From positions 1,736,001 through 1,800,000 of the forward strand of contig JAUFOQ010000002.1 in the NCBI GenBank assembly GCA_040285855.1: DNA of 64,000 nt. The letters are read 5' to 3'. The notes below the pieces were generated by a model that saw nothing but the letters and a program-made list of their open reading frames with translations, was not told the origin of the DNA and did not search any database. Source of the stretch: Eukaryota sp. GEM-RC1. Taxonomy: Eukaryota. The translations under genes were made by a program, and so were the position numbers. Shown here in pieces: positions 27,398 through 39,230 of the stretch. The stretch's first letter is position 1. Each line of letters opens with the position of its first letter.

Positions 27398-28469
27398 CTT
27401 TTAATTGTCACTTAACGCTTCATGATACCAATTCTTCTTCTCTTTGTTGGATTGAGTTATTGCTTCTACTCCAACGCAACTCTTCACAATCAAGGCCGAA
27501 TGTCCACATTCGTGCTCACTTCCGATACTGTCGAAAATGGTATTGATTTCACTTACAGTCTTTCATCAAAGGATACTGGATCGACGAACCACCACGTGTT
27601 ATTTTCCCCGAGCAGATTTCTGTAATGTCTTTTGACGGAGATCTAGCAACCATAAGATACTTGTCTCATAGCAGACAGTCAATTGCCATGGAAATAGGAT
27701 ACGCTGATAGTGCTGGAAAAAGTTCAATTGTCGTGCCAGACATGTTGTCGCCGTTCCTTATATGTGCATATCCTGCCCAAGATGTAATGATTTGGAAATC
27801 AAACCTGACTATTCTGTCCATTTTTACTGGTCAGACTTATGGTAGAAGTGCTTCTTCAATGAGATTGGGTAATTAATCTTTCAGTAGTCTAAAGCGGTGT
27901 TGTATGTGTGTTCAAGAGATGTACAAGCGGTTTCTACTATTTATAAATATGTGATCATTTGTCAAACTATCAGACACTACCAACAATTTATTACATTACT
28001 ATTGCACGAAATTTTGGAACCCAGTCAATAGATGGTATTGGGGCCAACAAAATCAACAATATACTACTATAAGTGACAGAAGATTAGATGAATTACGTTC
28101 AATGTATAACAGAGAAACTCTACAAGAAAGACATCCTCAATCACCCAAAATATGTAGTACATCTATGTATTCTAAAGCATACAATCTCCATTAAAGAGAT
28201 TTGCATTGTGTCACAGTTCCTGCTTGTGTGGTTTAACAGGACTGAAATGATGGACATTCTATTGTACTAATCGAAAATACTTATAAAACGAAACAAAAGT
28301 CTATGGATAAAACCACAACAATACATATCATAATACAAGCTATGAAACACTATACACAGAAAATTCCTGATCAACAGTACCACAGTTCTTATACAACTTT
28401 GAGATAATTGATTAAAAACTTATAAAACTTGTTGCAGTTTTCGTCTTTTGGTTGTTTGAGGATGAATTC

Positions 28470-29995
28470 ATGATACTATATGACTTCGACACGGTACTAT
28501 CACTGTCAGACGCTATCCAGCAGACTAAATCAACACATACTAAACCATTGTACACATACAACCAATGTCCTCCACCAACTGCCTCTTGTCAGCACAGTAA
28601 ACATGACTCACGCCAGAAACACATACTTGATGGCTTCAACATTATTGATGTTTCTTCTGATACCTACATTCACCCAGCAGATGTACCCACTCTGTCCATC
28701 CGTTCAGCTGGTTTCACAGATGTAAACCAGCAGGATTTATCATCTTTGTTAACTTAACTCACATTGATGCTAGAGACAATAAGCTTCAACTACACCAGTT
28801 TCTTTCTCTGCCCAATCTCACCCACCTAACTCTATCCTGCAACTTCATTACCAGCTTAAGCATCCGCAATCCCTACCACAGCCTTATCTACCTGGACCTT
28901 TCTTACAACCTCATCAATTCTCCATCCATTGCTATCCTATCTCTCCTTCCATGCCTACGTCACCTAGATCTCTCATATAACTCCATCGAAACCCTCCCTC
29001 CCTCAATCTCTAACCTTCCTCTCCGAAGTCTCTTCCTCGAAGGAAACTCTCTTACCGACACTTGCTTCCCTACCCTTTCTCTCTTTAATTCTCTTCAGGA
29101 ATTAAACCTGGGGTATAACAAAATCGCCAGGGTTACCCATGTTCTTAAATCAGTAGAGTACCTGTCTTTATCACACAACTATCTGGAAACTTCTAAATCT
29201 GTCGAATTATTAGATCATTTTGATAATATTTGTTTAGTATTCTTAGACGGAAACCCTTTCTTGGAGTCAATCAAATTCAAAAGGGATATCATTGCTCAAA
29301 TACCGACTACTCAACAGAAGAATGTCGCTTTTAGACCTAAAACCATTAATGAGCAGAGCAATCGACTACTGCACTCAATCACAAGGGTCAAAAAGAAAAA
29401 AGAGCTCTTGAAGGAACAAATCCAATCACTTCCTGATTTCATAACCAATCACTCACTCCAATCAGCTGACTGTGATTCCTTCTTCATCACAGCCACCACT
29501 GAACTTGTCACTCCTCTCAATGACTCCACCATCTCTGGAATAGTTGAATCTAGCAAGTTGGCAGTTGATTCAGTTAATCCAGACTCTATAGACTCTCTTG
29601 TTACTAAAACTTTGACTAAGATTGAAGAGGAATTAGAGGAGGAACTACCAGAGTTTACTTGTCCCAAGCCAGTAGGGATGGCGATGAGAATGTTAAAGGC
29701 AGAGCTTCATGATCCTATTTTGACTCTTGATTTGGATAGTAATCCTGATCACGTGGAAAATAAGATGACTAGAGCTCATCAAGAACGGTCAAAAATGGGG
29801 CGAGAAGTCAAGAGGAGTCAAGTATCGAAAATGGTGGCTGATAGTCTTGATAGTTTGGCCATTAGTGCTGTGATGCAGCATAAAAGAAAAAGGAGGACTG
29901 TCTCGAAGAATATGCTTGACCTCACGCGAGAGGTTCAATCAAAAAATAATGAAAATATTGGAGTTGGAAAATTAAAAACTGAGTGGATGTTTTAG
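28470..29995 (+). CDS. Leucine-rich repeat protein, XRRA1-like (missing T near 28746)
   Basis: ILDGF motif, then LRRs LTHIDARDN, LTLSCNFI, LDLSYNLI, LDLSYNSI, LFLEGNSL, LNLGYNKI, FLDGNPF. The frame is open from ~28748 into ORF 29261-29995. Confidence 0.7.
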
Positions 29996-30658
29996 ATGAA
30001 ACCTGAATTTGGTGATCACATCATCAATGAAGATGACGATACAGAAGAATGTCAAATAAACAACACTAAAAAAATCTAATAAATACACAAGAATTAGAAA
30101 CTACAGTACAATGTACATGTAGACTTTAGTTGATCTAATTCACAAACTTAATTCGTTCATACCAAGACAATGGTTTCTCAACAACCTCAAGGACTTCTTC
30201 TGTTTCTACTAGACTATGTAGACATCAATGTTGGAATCATCAGTTGCTAACACTTGGTCATCATAATGAATTGTCTTTGAAAACTACTCATTTCGAAGTA
30301 GAACTGTGCAGCATTGAGTTTCTCAGCAGGACTTGTAGTAGTGGGGTCTTGTGTATTAGTCTCGTCGAACTTAGAGAGACTTCTGGGCTAGATGGGTGGT
30401 GTTGAAGAGCACGAAGTAAAGATCGGTGTGCTATAGCTCTGCAAATTGATAGGTTAGGCAGTACATAGGAGTTGTCTGTCTCTAGATCATGTATATATTG
30501 GTGATTTTCTGTCTGAATAGCAAGGTTGTAGAAGTTGGGTGATAGTTAGTCTGTAGAATTGTGAGGAATAATACCAAGCATACTTCATGTTCAAGTAGTA
30601 AGTAAAAGCCTTCAATCAAAACAAACATTGTCTTAATCCCAATCTATAACCGATTTAA

Positions 30659-31228
30659 ATGAAGGTTCTGTTACTCATCTGTATTGCCTTTGCTTTGGCG
30701 TCAGCATGTAATTTCTCTTGTTTCCAATCATCGTGTAGAACTAGTGGAGGATCTAGTGAAAACTGCAGATGTGATTCTCTAGTTGATAGAGGAGTTACAA
30801 GATATCACGCCTTGTGTACAGCCCGTGGTGCTACGTCCTGTGAGAAAACTGATTACAAAACTGGATGTAACATTCAAGGAGGAAATGCTCAATGTACTCT
30901 TGCTCCTCGTGCTTCCGGATTGACTACATGGTATGTATCACACTGTCAGGCTAACAGTGCGCCCCGTTGTTCTCAGAAAATGTTCGATTCTAATTGCGAG
31001 ATTGTGGGTGAGAACAGCAAATGTTCATCCGCTTTCCTCTCATGGGGCCTCACTACATGGATTGTACCAACTTGTAAAGCTGATAGAGCGTTACAGTGCT
31101 CCATCAAGTGTGGAACTTCATCATGTGATAGAAATTGTGCTGGAACTGGTAAGAGAGCTGATTGTCATTGCTTTGTTCATAGTACCAACACTCATGCATT
31201 CTTAAGTGCAAGATGTAATTGTCTTTAA
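30659..31228 (+). CDS. Secreted cysteine-rich protein, copy 1
   Basis: Signal peptide; 22 Cys in the mature region; paralogous to 32735 and 33629. Confidence 0.85.
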   Translation: MKVLLLICIAFALASACNFSCFQSSCRTSGGSSENCRCDSLVDRGVTRYHALCTARGATSCEKTDYKTGCNIQGGNAQCTLAPRASGLTTWYVSHCQANSAPRCSQKMFDSNCEIVGENSKCSSAFLSWGLTTWIVPTCKADRALQCSIKCGTSSCDRNCAGTGKRADCHCFVHSTNTHAFLSARCNCL

Positions 31229-32734
31229 TTTTCTATTAGCTCACTCTGTTTCCAGAAGTCCACATTGAGGAACATTTTGTTTTCATAACTCTGAGTCCTA
31301 TTCTTTGAATTTATAAATGAACAAAAAAAATCTACGCCATATATTCATTATTGTTGAAGCTGACAGTTACTATCTATCAATTATTGACAATGGAAACAGT
31401 ATATCGTGATGAACCATCAACAGACTTAAATCCATTACTGACAGTACCACTTTTCCGGAATCGTAGAACTGGTATAAATGGATAAGGGCTGATTGAAGAA
31501 AAATGAATGTGTCCTACGTACAGAAATCTAATAAAGATTATTTTCAATAACAATGATCGCACCAAACTAATGAACAAGTATTGTATGCAGTACTACAGGT
31601 GGGCGAGTATGACAGGTTTTTTTTGGTACTAGTATCTTCGGTACCTAAATAGAATACTTTCCACAAAAATATGAATTTGTAAAGACAAATATAGAATGCT
31701 GAGACCAATCCAAACGACTTCATCCTTATCGGGTATACGATTACGTTCCTCAACATCAGCCTTCACACCAGACTTCTAGAGTTTCTCAACTCAACGAGAG
31801 AAATAGAATGGCATAAGTATATTTCTTGATGCTGTATTTCCGACTTGGAAAACACAATACGATTTTGCCCTTCAACCATTCTAAACTTACGCTTATTCTC
31901 TTTACAGCTCACTACAGGACTAATCGGAAAGAATAACAGCAAAAGATTGAAATAGAACATTTATTTTCTAGACAGAGCAGAACAATGGATTGTTGATAAT
32001 GACAACATATTGTTAGGTTAACAAATTCAAAAATGTGCAGCCATGACTGAAGTTATTCTGTTTTATTGTCAAAGCAGCTCAAGTTAAGGCCAATTTTGTC
32101 TAGAAACCGAAAACAATTATCAATCAAGCGAGATTGAATCCTCTTTTCAAAGGTGCAATTTTAGATTTATTATTGTTGTGTAAGCCTCTGGTCACGCAAA
32201 CACAGTATACATGTAGAATTACATCTAGATGTAAAATTATAAAGTGTTCTTGGTATTTGTAGTGATACCTTTCCGTTTTAATTCAAACAACTGTAACACC
32301 ATTGTGTGTTTGAATGTCCGAAAATTTTGTCGAAATACTGATTGACTGTGCAATCAGCGTACAGTTTGACTCCTTCAAAGGACTCTCATGAATCAGTGAA
32401 ATAGGGAATAGTCACATTCGTTGTTCAAAATTTCATATACTGTACATGTAATATGCACTCTTTTCCTAAATCTAACCCATCACTAAATCTAGGCTATTTT
32501 CCAACTCTCACTGTAAAGCTTGTCGACGTAATTTTACACCGTTGTAGATTTTACCTTTTATGATGACTCATCAACGTACACATACGGGTCACTAACCAAA
32601 TGTATGAAGTTGTACCGGTAACAGCTGTTGCTGTGGCGGAGAACACCAAATCGCATGTACGATATTGACTTAAAGAATTTACAAACTGAAGTCTTACAGT
32701 CACAACTACAACTACGTAGTACGATTCGTTGATT

Positions 32735-33304
32735 ATGACGATTCTGTTATTCCTTAGCATTGCCTTTGCTTTGGTAACAGCCTGTAATTTCTCGTGTTTT
32801 CAATCATCATGTAGAACAACTGGTGGAACAAACGAAAATTGTAGATGTACTTCTCTAACGGACAGAGGCACTACAAGAAATTACGCATTGTGTACAGCCG
32901 ATGGTGCTACGTCCTGTGAAAAAACTGATTACCACACTGGGTGTAACATTCAAGGAGACAATACTCAATGTAATCTTACACTCCACACTTCTGGATTGGC
33001 ATCGTGGTTTGTATCACACTGCCAGGCTAAAAGTGCACCTCGTTGCTCTCAGAACTTGTTTGGCTCTAGTTGTGAAGTTGTAGGGGAAAATGCCGAATGC
33101 TCAGCAACTCTCCTATCCTTGAATATTACAACTTGGATCGTGCCGGAATGTAAAGCTGATAGAGCGTTGCAATGCTCTATAATGTGTGGAACCTCTTCAT
33201 GTGAAAAAAATTGTGCTGGAACTGGTAAGAGAGCTGACTGTCACTGCTTTCTTCATAGTGACAACACTGTCGGATTCCTGAGTTCCAGATGTAACTGTAT
33301 TTAG
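32735..33304 (+). CDS. Secreted cysteine-rich protein, copy 2
   Basis: Same Cys spacing (CNFSCFQSSCR...CKADRALQCS...CNC). Confidence 0.85.
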   Translation: MTILLFLSIAFALVTACNFSCFQSSCRTTGGTNENCRCTSLTDRGTTRNYALCTADGATSCEKTDYHTGCNIQGDNTQCNLTLHTSGLASWFVSHCQAKSAPRCSQNLFGSSCEVVGENAECSATLLSLNITTWIVPECKADRALQCSIMCGTSSCEKNCAGTGKRADCHCFLHSDNTVGFLSSRCNCI

Positions 33305-33628
33305 TATTCGTCTTGACTTATATCTTTTCAGGGTGTACAGAATCGTATCCAGCGGTCTTTGCCCTTGAGCTAATCATACTCACAACATTCATAGAATTTC
33401 CATCAAATACGACCAATATACAACGCAATACATATTTAGTTGGCGTTTTTAATGAAGATATTCCATCGTTTACTCAGAACGTGAACTGTCATTGTCAAAG
33501 CAGCACCGAGTTTTAGGTGCAGGTATCAACAGGTCGCCACTAACGTTGGAGGATGTAAGGAGAGGATCAAGAAAGTCAGCGTCACAACAAGACAACTGCA
33601 GTCAACTCATATCTTTTTGATTTCATTC

Positions 33629-34204
33629 ATGAAGATTCTTCTCCTTGTCGTTTTTGCCCTTGCTCTGGCATCAGCTTGTAATTTCTCCTGCTTCCATTCG
33701 TCATGTAGAATAAGTGGCGGCACTGGTGAAAATTGTCAATGTACAACTTTCCATGGCAGACATCATGCCTTGTGTTCCGCTAGTGGTGCAACGTCCTGTG
33801 AAAAGACTGATGGTGAATCTGGATGCAGCATTCAGGGGAATAACGCCAAATGTACTCTTTCTCCCCGTTCTGGCGGATTGTCTACATGGTATATCTCAGA
33901 CTGCCAAGCCAGCAATGCGAATCGTTGTACCCAGAAAGTGTTCGATTATAACTGTGCAGTTGTAGGGGAAAATGTCAAGTGCTCGACCGATTTCGTCTCT
34001 TACGGTATGATTCTATTAATTTTAACTGTAGGATGGACTACGTGGATTGTTCCAACTTGTAAGGCTGATAGAGCGATGCAGTGCTCCATCAAGTGTGGAA
34101 TTTCATCATGTGATAGAAATTGCACTAGAACTGGTCAAAGAGCTGATTGCCATTGTTATGCTACTCCAACCGGATTCCTAAGCGCTAAGTGTAACTGTGT
34201 ATAA
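33629..34204 (+). CDS. Secreted cysteine-rich protein, copy 3; 27-nt intron 34005-34031
   Basis: Same Cys pattern. GTATGATTCTATTAATTTTAACTGTAG accounts for a 9-aa insertion relative to the paralogs. Confidence 0.85.
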   Translation: MKILLLVVFALALASACNFSCFHSSCRISGGTGENCQCTTFHGRHHALCSASGATSCEKTDGESGCSIQGNNAKCTLSPRSGGLSTWYISDCQASNANRCTQKVFDYNCAVVGENVKCSTDFVSYGMILLILTVGWTTWIVPTCKADRAMQCSIKCGISSCDRNCTRTGQRADCHCYATPTGFLSAKCNCV

Positions 34205-34401
34205 TTTTGTTTTATAATAATGGATTATTGTAGTGGTTCTTCTTTGCTGGGGACTTGACTCAATATGAGGCTGAATTCAATAAGCGTTCCATTTACAAGT
34301 AGCAGCTTAGAATTAGTACCAATGATGCTGTAGATAATCATTTGAAAGTGTGTTGTTTAAGGACAATTACTAACAGTTTTTATACAACTTACAGTACTTG
34401 T

Positions 34402-35115
34402 AATTAGGGTAAGTGACACTACTTTTTGCCAACATATTTGAAGAAGTATTGGCATTAATTAGTGTCACTTACACTAATTCAAGACTTACACTGATATATA
34501 CCAACATAAATACTAGTATGTGTAAGTCAATGGGACATTCCAACTTTTCTAACTTAGACTCATTAATAAGTGTATGTTGGAAAAATTAGACAGAATAGAT
34601 AAATTCAAATAGATTTCACACTAATGAACATTAATATGAAATAGAAGCTGATGTGTGGCAGCTCGATCAAAGATATCTTGATGATATTCGACAATTTTGC
34701 TTAATTTTTCAGATAGCTGTCCTACATGCCAAACTCCATTGACATCTTTAGGTAGTCCACACCCAATCAAATTTGGATACGTAAGACCATTAGTATTGGG
34801 AGCGTTGATTACCTCTCGAACAGTTTTTCGGACAACATCCACGAAATAACTTCAATGACGATTTCTTGTTGCTGCTCTTGTCGTACGATCAAAAAGCGTA
34901 AGAGGAGAATGCGGAAATAGATCAACGGCCATTTGATGAAGGAAATGAATATGTACGTAGTAGTATACTGGCTTTCATGTTTGTGTTCCAGAACCTCTAC
35001 AACTAAAACTTTTCACATTTAATTCATATCTTATAATTTTTCGAAAGTTACAGGATTTGTTGCCAAAACTATTTTCCATCAGTATTTGCGACAATTAGTG
35101 TCACTTACACTAATT
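34402..35115. mobile_element. TIR-bounded DNA transposon relic with an internal degenerate ORF (34621-34842, minus)
   Basis: AATTAGGGTAAGTGACACTA (34402-34421) is an inverted match (19/20) to TAGTGTCACTTACACTAATT at both 34460-34479 and 35096-35115. Confidence 0.6.
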
Positions 35116-35215
35116 TAATTTCAAAAAGTGGTTTGGGATAATTGTTGCAAGCTTAGAAGACCAGCTACAAAAACAGGATCAGTGAGTGATGTGAATAATT
35201 CTCATGGTCACTTCT

Positions 35216-35521
35216 ACTGTGGTTTTCATTCAAATTGCATTTTTCACATCTTTCTCACTGTATTTTCTCATGACTGAATCTTCTTCCCCTTCCACAGTTT
35301 CCGTAGAATCAACAGTCCGTCGGCGACTAGACTTATCTGCTATTCCTTCCTCCAGTGACTTGTCTATCACTGTGGTTTTCATTCAAATTGCATTTTTCAC
35401 ATCTTTCTCACTGTATTTTCTCATGACTGAATCTTCTTCCCCTTCCACAGTTTCCGTAGAATCAACAGTCCGTCGGCGACTAGACTTATCTGCTATTCCT
35501 TCCTCCAGTGACTTGTCTATC
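35216..35521 (+). repeat. Perfect 153-bp tandem duplication
   Basis: Units start at 35216 and 35369; the 51-codon repeat is visible in ORF 35204-35593. Confidence 0.9.
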
Positions 35522-36330
35522 ATTCCCAGAGCCGATTCTTTTGTCGTATCTGTAGGTGCTCTTTTCTGCCTCTCGTCGCGTAAAAAAAAATAAAATCGAC
35601 AGAATTGAAAGTTTCGATGTTTATTACAGTGACATTAGAGCTCTAACACCCAACAATCTCCGAGTCCTCTTTCTTTCTATCTACAACTCTGCAGTGCAGC
35701 AGTTAAAACTCCTCGCACACCCCGACGCTGAACCTATTTTTCAGTTCGAGTACGGACGGACCTACGAGTACTCAAAAATAACCGCAGAAACCATTTCGGG
35801 ATGGGTAAGAAACTGGTCTACCCCTAATGTAGAAAAAAGGAAGCAATTTGCATTCGATATCCGTGTTGCTCCAGACAACGTCTCACCCGCAGATTACACT
35901 GCTTTTAAAAAAGCATCTGAAAAAAAAAGAAGTGCGCAGCATTGATTTCAAGCAATTAAAAGAGTTAAATCCCAAGCTCAGTGCACCAGATAGTGCTTGG
36001 AACTCATGGGCAGAAATGTTCTCCAAGAATTCTGCAATCAAAGCGAACTCTGTTCCAGCAGACATCGCCCATCTGTTCCGGAATGTTGACCTGCCCATTG
36101 ATGATCCAACTGATGGATTTGAAATGGGTTTTTTGGTTGAGGAACTTGCACGACGTATCGATGATATTGACCGTAAAAGAAGGAGAGGCATTGAGGATTT
36201 AATAGAAGATTTGCCAGACATTGTAAGAACAGCTAAAAAAAGATCAGTTCAGAAGGCATCATTGTCCCATGTGTTAGTTGAGCAATTTAACGCTGCAGTT
36301 AATGTGGAAAATTCCCACCCTCTAAGATAG
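35422..36330 (+). CDS. Hypothetical protein convergent with the transposase (putative transposon accessory ORF); frameshifts at A-runs ~35586 and ~35924
   Basis: Three overlapping ORFs join at A9 runs; WNSWAEMF...PADIAHLF motif; C-terminal coiled coil. Confidence 0.55.
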
Positions 36331-36403
36331 CTCCCTGGTTAAGATGTTGTTGATCATAAAAGATTATTTTTATTACAAAACTATATATTCTTACAAAATA
36401 GAT

Positions 36404-37440
36404 TTAACAGTCAAGGTGCTGTTTCAAAACGGTTTTTGTCAAGTAAGGAGAATGATAAAATTGATTTTGTCTCCACCCTGCATGTCGAAAAATATCGGCA
36501 CAATTAAAACGCATAAACCTTTCCAAAATTAAATGCATATAAGCAATAGGATTTAATGAGCTGAATTGCTTTCTCTTTGCCCTTACTGTCTTTCGAAATT
36601 TAGCGAAAAACGTCTCAATGGGGTTTGACTCAGGACAATACGGAGGCAAAATATAATACCCCACCCCAGCTTTACGCATCCCATGAATGATGTTATCGTG
36701 GTTATGTATGTTACAACCATCCAAAATGAGGCAACTTCGTGGACCCCCAAAAGTGTATAAGAACCCATGAAACAATAAAGATGATAGAAAGCCAACAAAC
36801 TGGCTGCGATTAAAATGCCCTTCTTGTATATGGCCGAGAACAAAACCATTAATATCGATGGCCACACATGCAGAAATAGGGTGGGCTACGTGCGTTTTCA
36901 TTACTTTTTGAACAGATCTGCCTTTAGGCGACCAAACATTGGTCCTTTCAAAATCACCAGCCCTGAAAGTGATCTCATCTATAAACAACAAACGCTGAAG
37001 CTGGATAGGACCTACTTCTATATACATTCTGTTTTCGAAAGCTTCAATAAGGCTTCTTTTGCTCTCTTCACGAGGATTTGACAGCGCTTCCAGGAATATC
37101 CTGAGTGAATCAAGAAACGATGAATTGTTGTCACACTAACAACTTTATTACGAACTTCAACTAATAGATCTACAATTTCCCTGAGGTATAGATCAGGAGT
37201 CTGCTCGAGTGTTGTGAGAATAAAACGTCTGTCATCTTCATCCAAAATAGAGATATCTTTGAGGTGAGTTGCTTCAGGTTTGAAAGCTTGAGAGATCCAA
37301 CGAGATAAAGTACTTTGGTGAATGGCGTAGAAGGACGCGACCTCAGCTTGCGTCTTTTCCAGCCAGAGATATGTCCAGACGGCGCGAACTTTCGTATCTT
37401 CGCTTGCATGGTGGTTGAGCTTATAGAGGTCAACATTTGG
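36404..37440 (-). mobile_element. IS630/Tc1 DD34E transposase (HTH + DDE, frameshift ~37050; start uncertain)
   Basis: HTH QAEVASFYAIHQSTLSRWI; second HTH PDLYLREI...VSVTTIHRFL...GYSWKR; FIDE, ILDG, LPPYCPESNPIE with 34 residues between D and E. Confidence 0.9.
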
Positions 37441-37515
37441 GTCACAAAGAAGATTGAATGATAATAGTATGATAGTAGTTTGTTTTTCCAATTCTGTCTC
37501 ATCATTGCCGTTCAA

Positions 37516-38067
37516 ATGATGCCCATATTTCAAAAGGTGTCGAGTGACATCATCCTTGGTCTTCGTGATGAACGTGTTCTGATACTGTCCAGTTTCTTGC
37601 TGATCATTTGTACGCTGGCCACTCTTTACTTTACCTTGTTCAAAGCTCGTGTTGGAGCTATCCGATCCTTGATCTATTACCCCAGTACTCTTGCATCTTT
37701 GATTCATCTTCTTTTCTTCGCTCTTTACCAGTATACCAAATATCGTCCATTGTTACTTGCTGGTGTTATACCGTTATTCTTCTATGGTTTTTTCCCATTC
37801 TTACTTTTCGGATTTTCTCTACAGAAACTGAAGGCACAACTGGTATTCTTCTTGATGGTACTCAATCTTGCACACGTGGGTGCTATCTCCGCAACTTTCT
37901 CATCTGATGTATTAGTCATTGGACTCATTATAGCTATTGTGTTGGGCAGTATTGTTATTTTTGTCCAATCCTCGGTATTCCACTATGATCCTGAAGATAG
38001 AGATAGATTTACATGTATTTTAAGCAAAGACTGTGTTTGCCAATTGTGTGACTTGAATTCTCAATAA
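37516..38067 (+). CDS. Multi-pass membrane protein of unknown function
   Basis: About five hydrophobic segments; C-terminal Cys cluster. Confidence 0.7.
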   Translation: MMPIFQKVSSDIILGLRDERVLILSSFLLIICTLATLYFTLFKARVGAIRSLIYYPSTLASLIHLLFFALYQYTKYRPLLLAGVIPLFFYGFFPFLLFGFSLQKLKAQLVFFLMVLNLAHVGAISATFSSDVLVIGLIIAIVLGSIVIFVQSSVFHYDPEDRDRFTCILSKDCVCQLCDLNSQ

Positions 38068-38177
38068 TTTAAACAACAAATAAAGAGTTATTTGCATCAT
38101 TACTAGATTGTCGGATCAGTATGTATGTAGTGAGTATGAACTAAAGTAGATGTTACAGGTAGTTCAATTCACAAACG

Positions 38178-38462
38178 TTAACTGTCAAACATTGAAAGAA
38201 TACCAGAAAGACATTGATTTGCTCGTGATAAGTCTTCTTTAGTGTCACTGCAGTCATCAAGGGAATCAGGAAAACTCTGAAGATTAAGACCAACGTTATT
38301 GAGATGACTTCTTAAGTCCCTTATTTGTTTTTCAGAGCTACAGAACTTAGAAACTGAATTATCTAGACGAGACTGAAACAGAGATGGAGTTAAACTTTGA
38401 GATAAAGTGAACAGCTCAGCAACAAGTCCAGTATACTGTTCTGTGAAGAGATTTGCAGCCAT
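38178..38462 (-). CDS. Small helical hypothetical protein
   Basis: Intact 94-codon ORF, divergent from the HAD gene. Confidence 0.55.
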   Translation of the reverse strand: MAANLFTEQYTGLVAELFTLSQSLTPSLFQSRLDNSVSKFCSSEKQIRDLRSHLNNVGLNLQSFPDSLDDCSDTKEDLSRANQCLSGILSMFDS

Positions 38463-38555
38463 TATACGATACAATAGGGTTCAAAGTCCAACAGAAGTTG
38501 ATGTACTCTTTTTCACCTCTTGAAGTCTTTTCTTCAACACAAACACTCTTTGTGA

Positions 38556-39230
38556 ATGTCTCTCACTCATTGTTTCTTTGATTTAGATGGAACACTGGTG
38601 GAAAATGTTGAGCATGTCATTGATGCTTATCTTGAATCTCTAGATGCTCTTTGTTTACCACTAACTACTCGTTCTCATTTGAGAAACATTCAAGGACTAT
38701 CTTTTGAAACAACTGCCGAAGCTATTGGTGTTCCTGAACACCTTTTGGCAGACTTTTCTGACATTTTCTGGGAGAAAATGGCTACCTTTACTACCCCTCC
38801 CCTAGTTTTACCTGGTGTTATGGAACTATTAAACCATTTGAAACAATCCAATATTTCTTGTTCTATTGTGACCAACAATCGATCGTATATTGCTGCAAAT
38901 GCTTGTAAGATCGCTGGTCTTGATTCCTTCTTCGATTATTACTTAGGTAGTGATCTTGTGGAACCTAAACCAAATCCTGAGGGGATATGCGCTCTCTGTA
39001 AGAAGTATGATATAGATCCTTCAGAAAAGGTGTTGTTTGTTGGAGATTCAGTTTCTGATCTTGGAGCAGCAATGAATGCAAAGGTGCAAGGAATATGTGT
39101 TGTTGAAGAGAAAGATTTTAAAGTTAGATTTACTGATGACGTTATGGAAGATTTCGAACGTCATAATTTTAAATTTGAACACTTTGTTGATTGTTTTGAG
39201 CTTACTAATTATCTTAAGAATTTAAATTAG
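38556..39230 (+). CDS. HAD-superfamily hydrolase (phosphoglycolate phosphatase-like)
   Basis: Motif I FFDLDGTL, motif II VTN, motif III KPNP, motif IV VGDSVSD. Confidence 0.92.
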   Translation: MSLTHCFFDLDGTLVENVEHVIDAYLESLDALCLPLTTRSHLRNIQGLSFETTAEAIGVPEHLLADFSDIFWEKMATFTTPPLVLPGVMELLNHLKQSNISCSIVTNNRSYIAANACKIAGLDSFFDYYLGSDLVEPKPNPEGICALCKKYDIDPSEKVLFVGDSVSDLGAAMNAKVQGICVVEEKDFKVRFTDDVMEDFERHNFKFEHFVDCFELTNYLKNLN

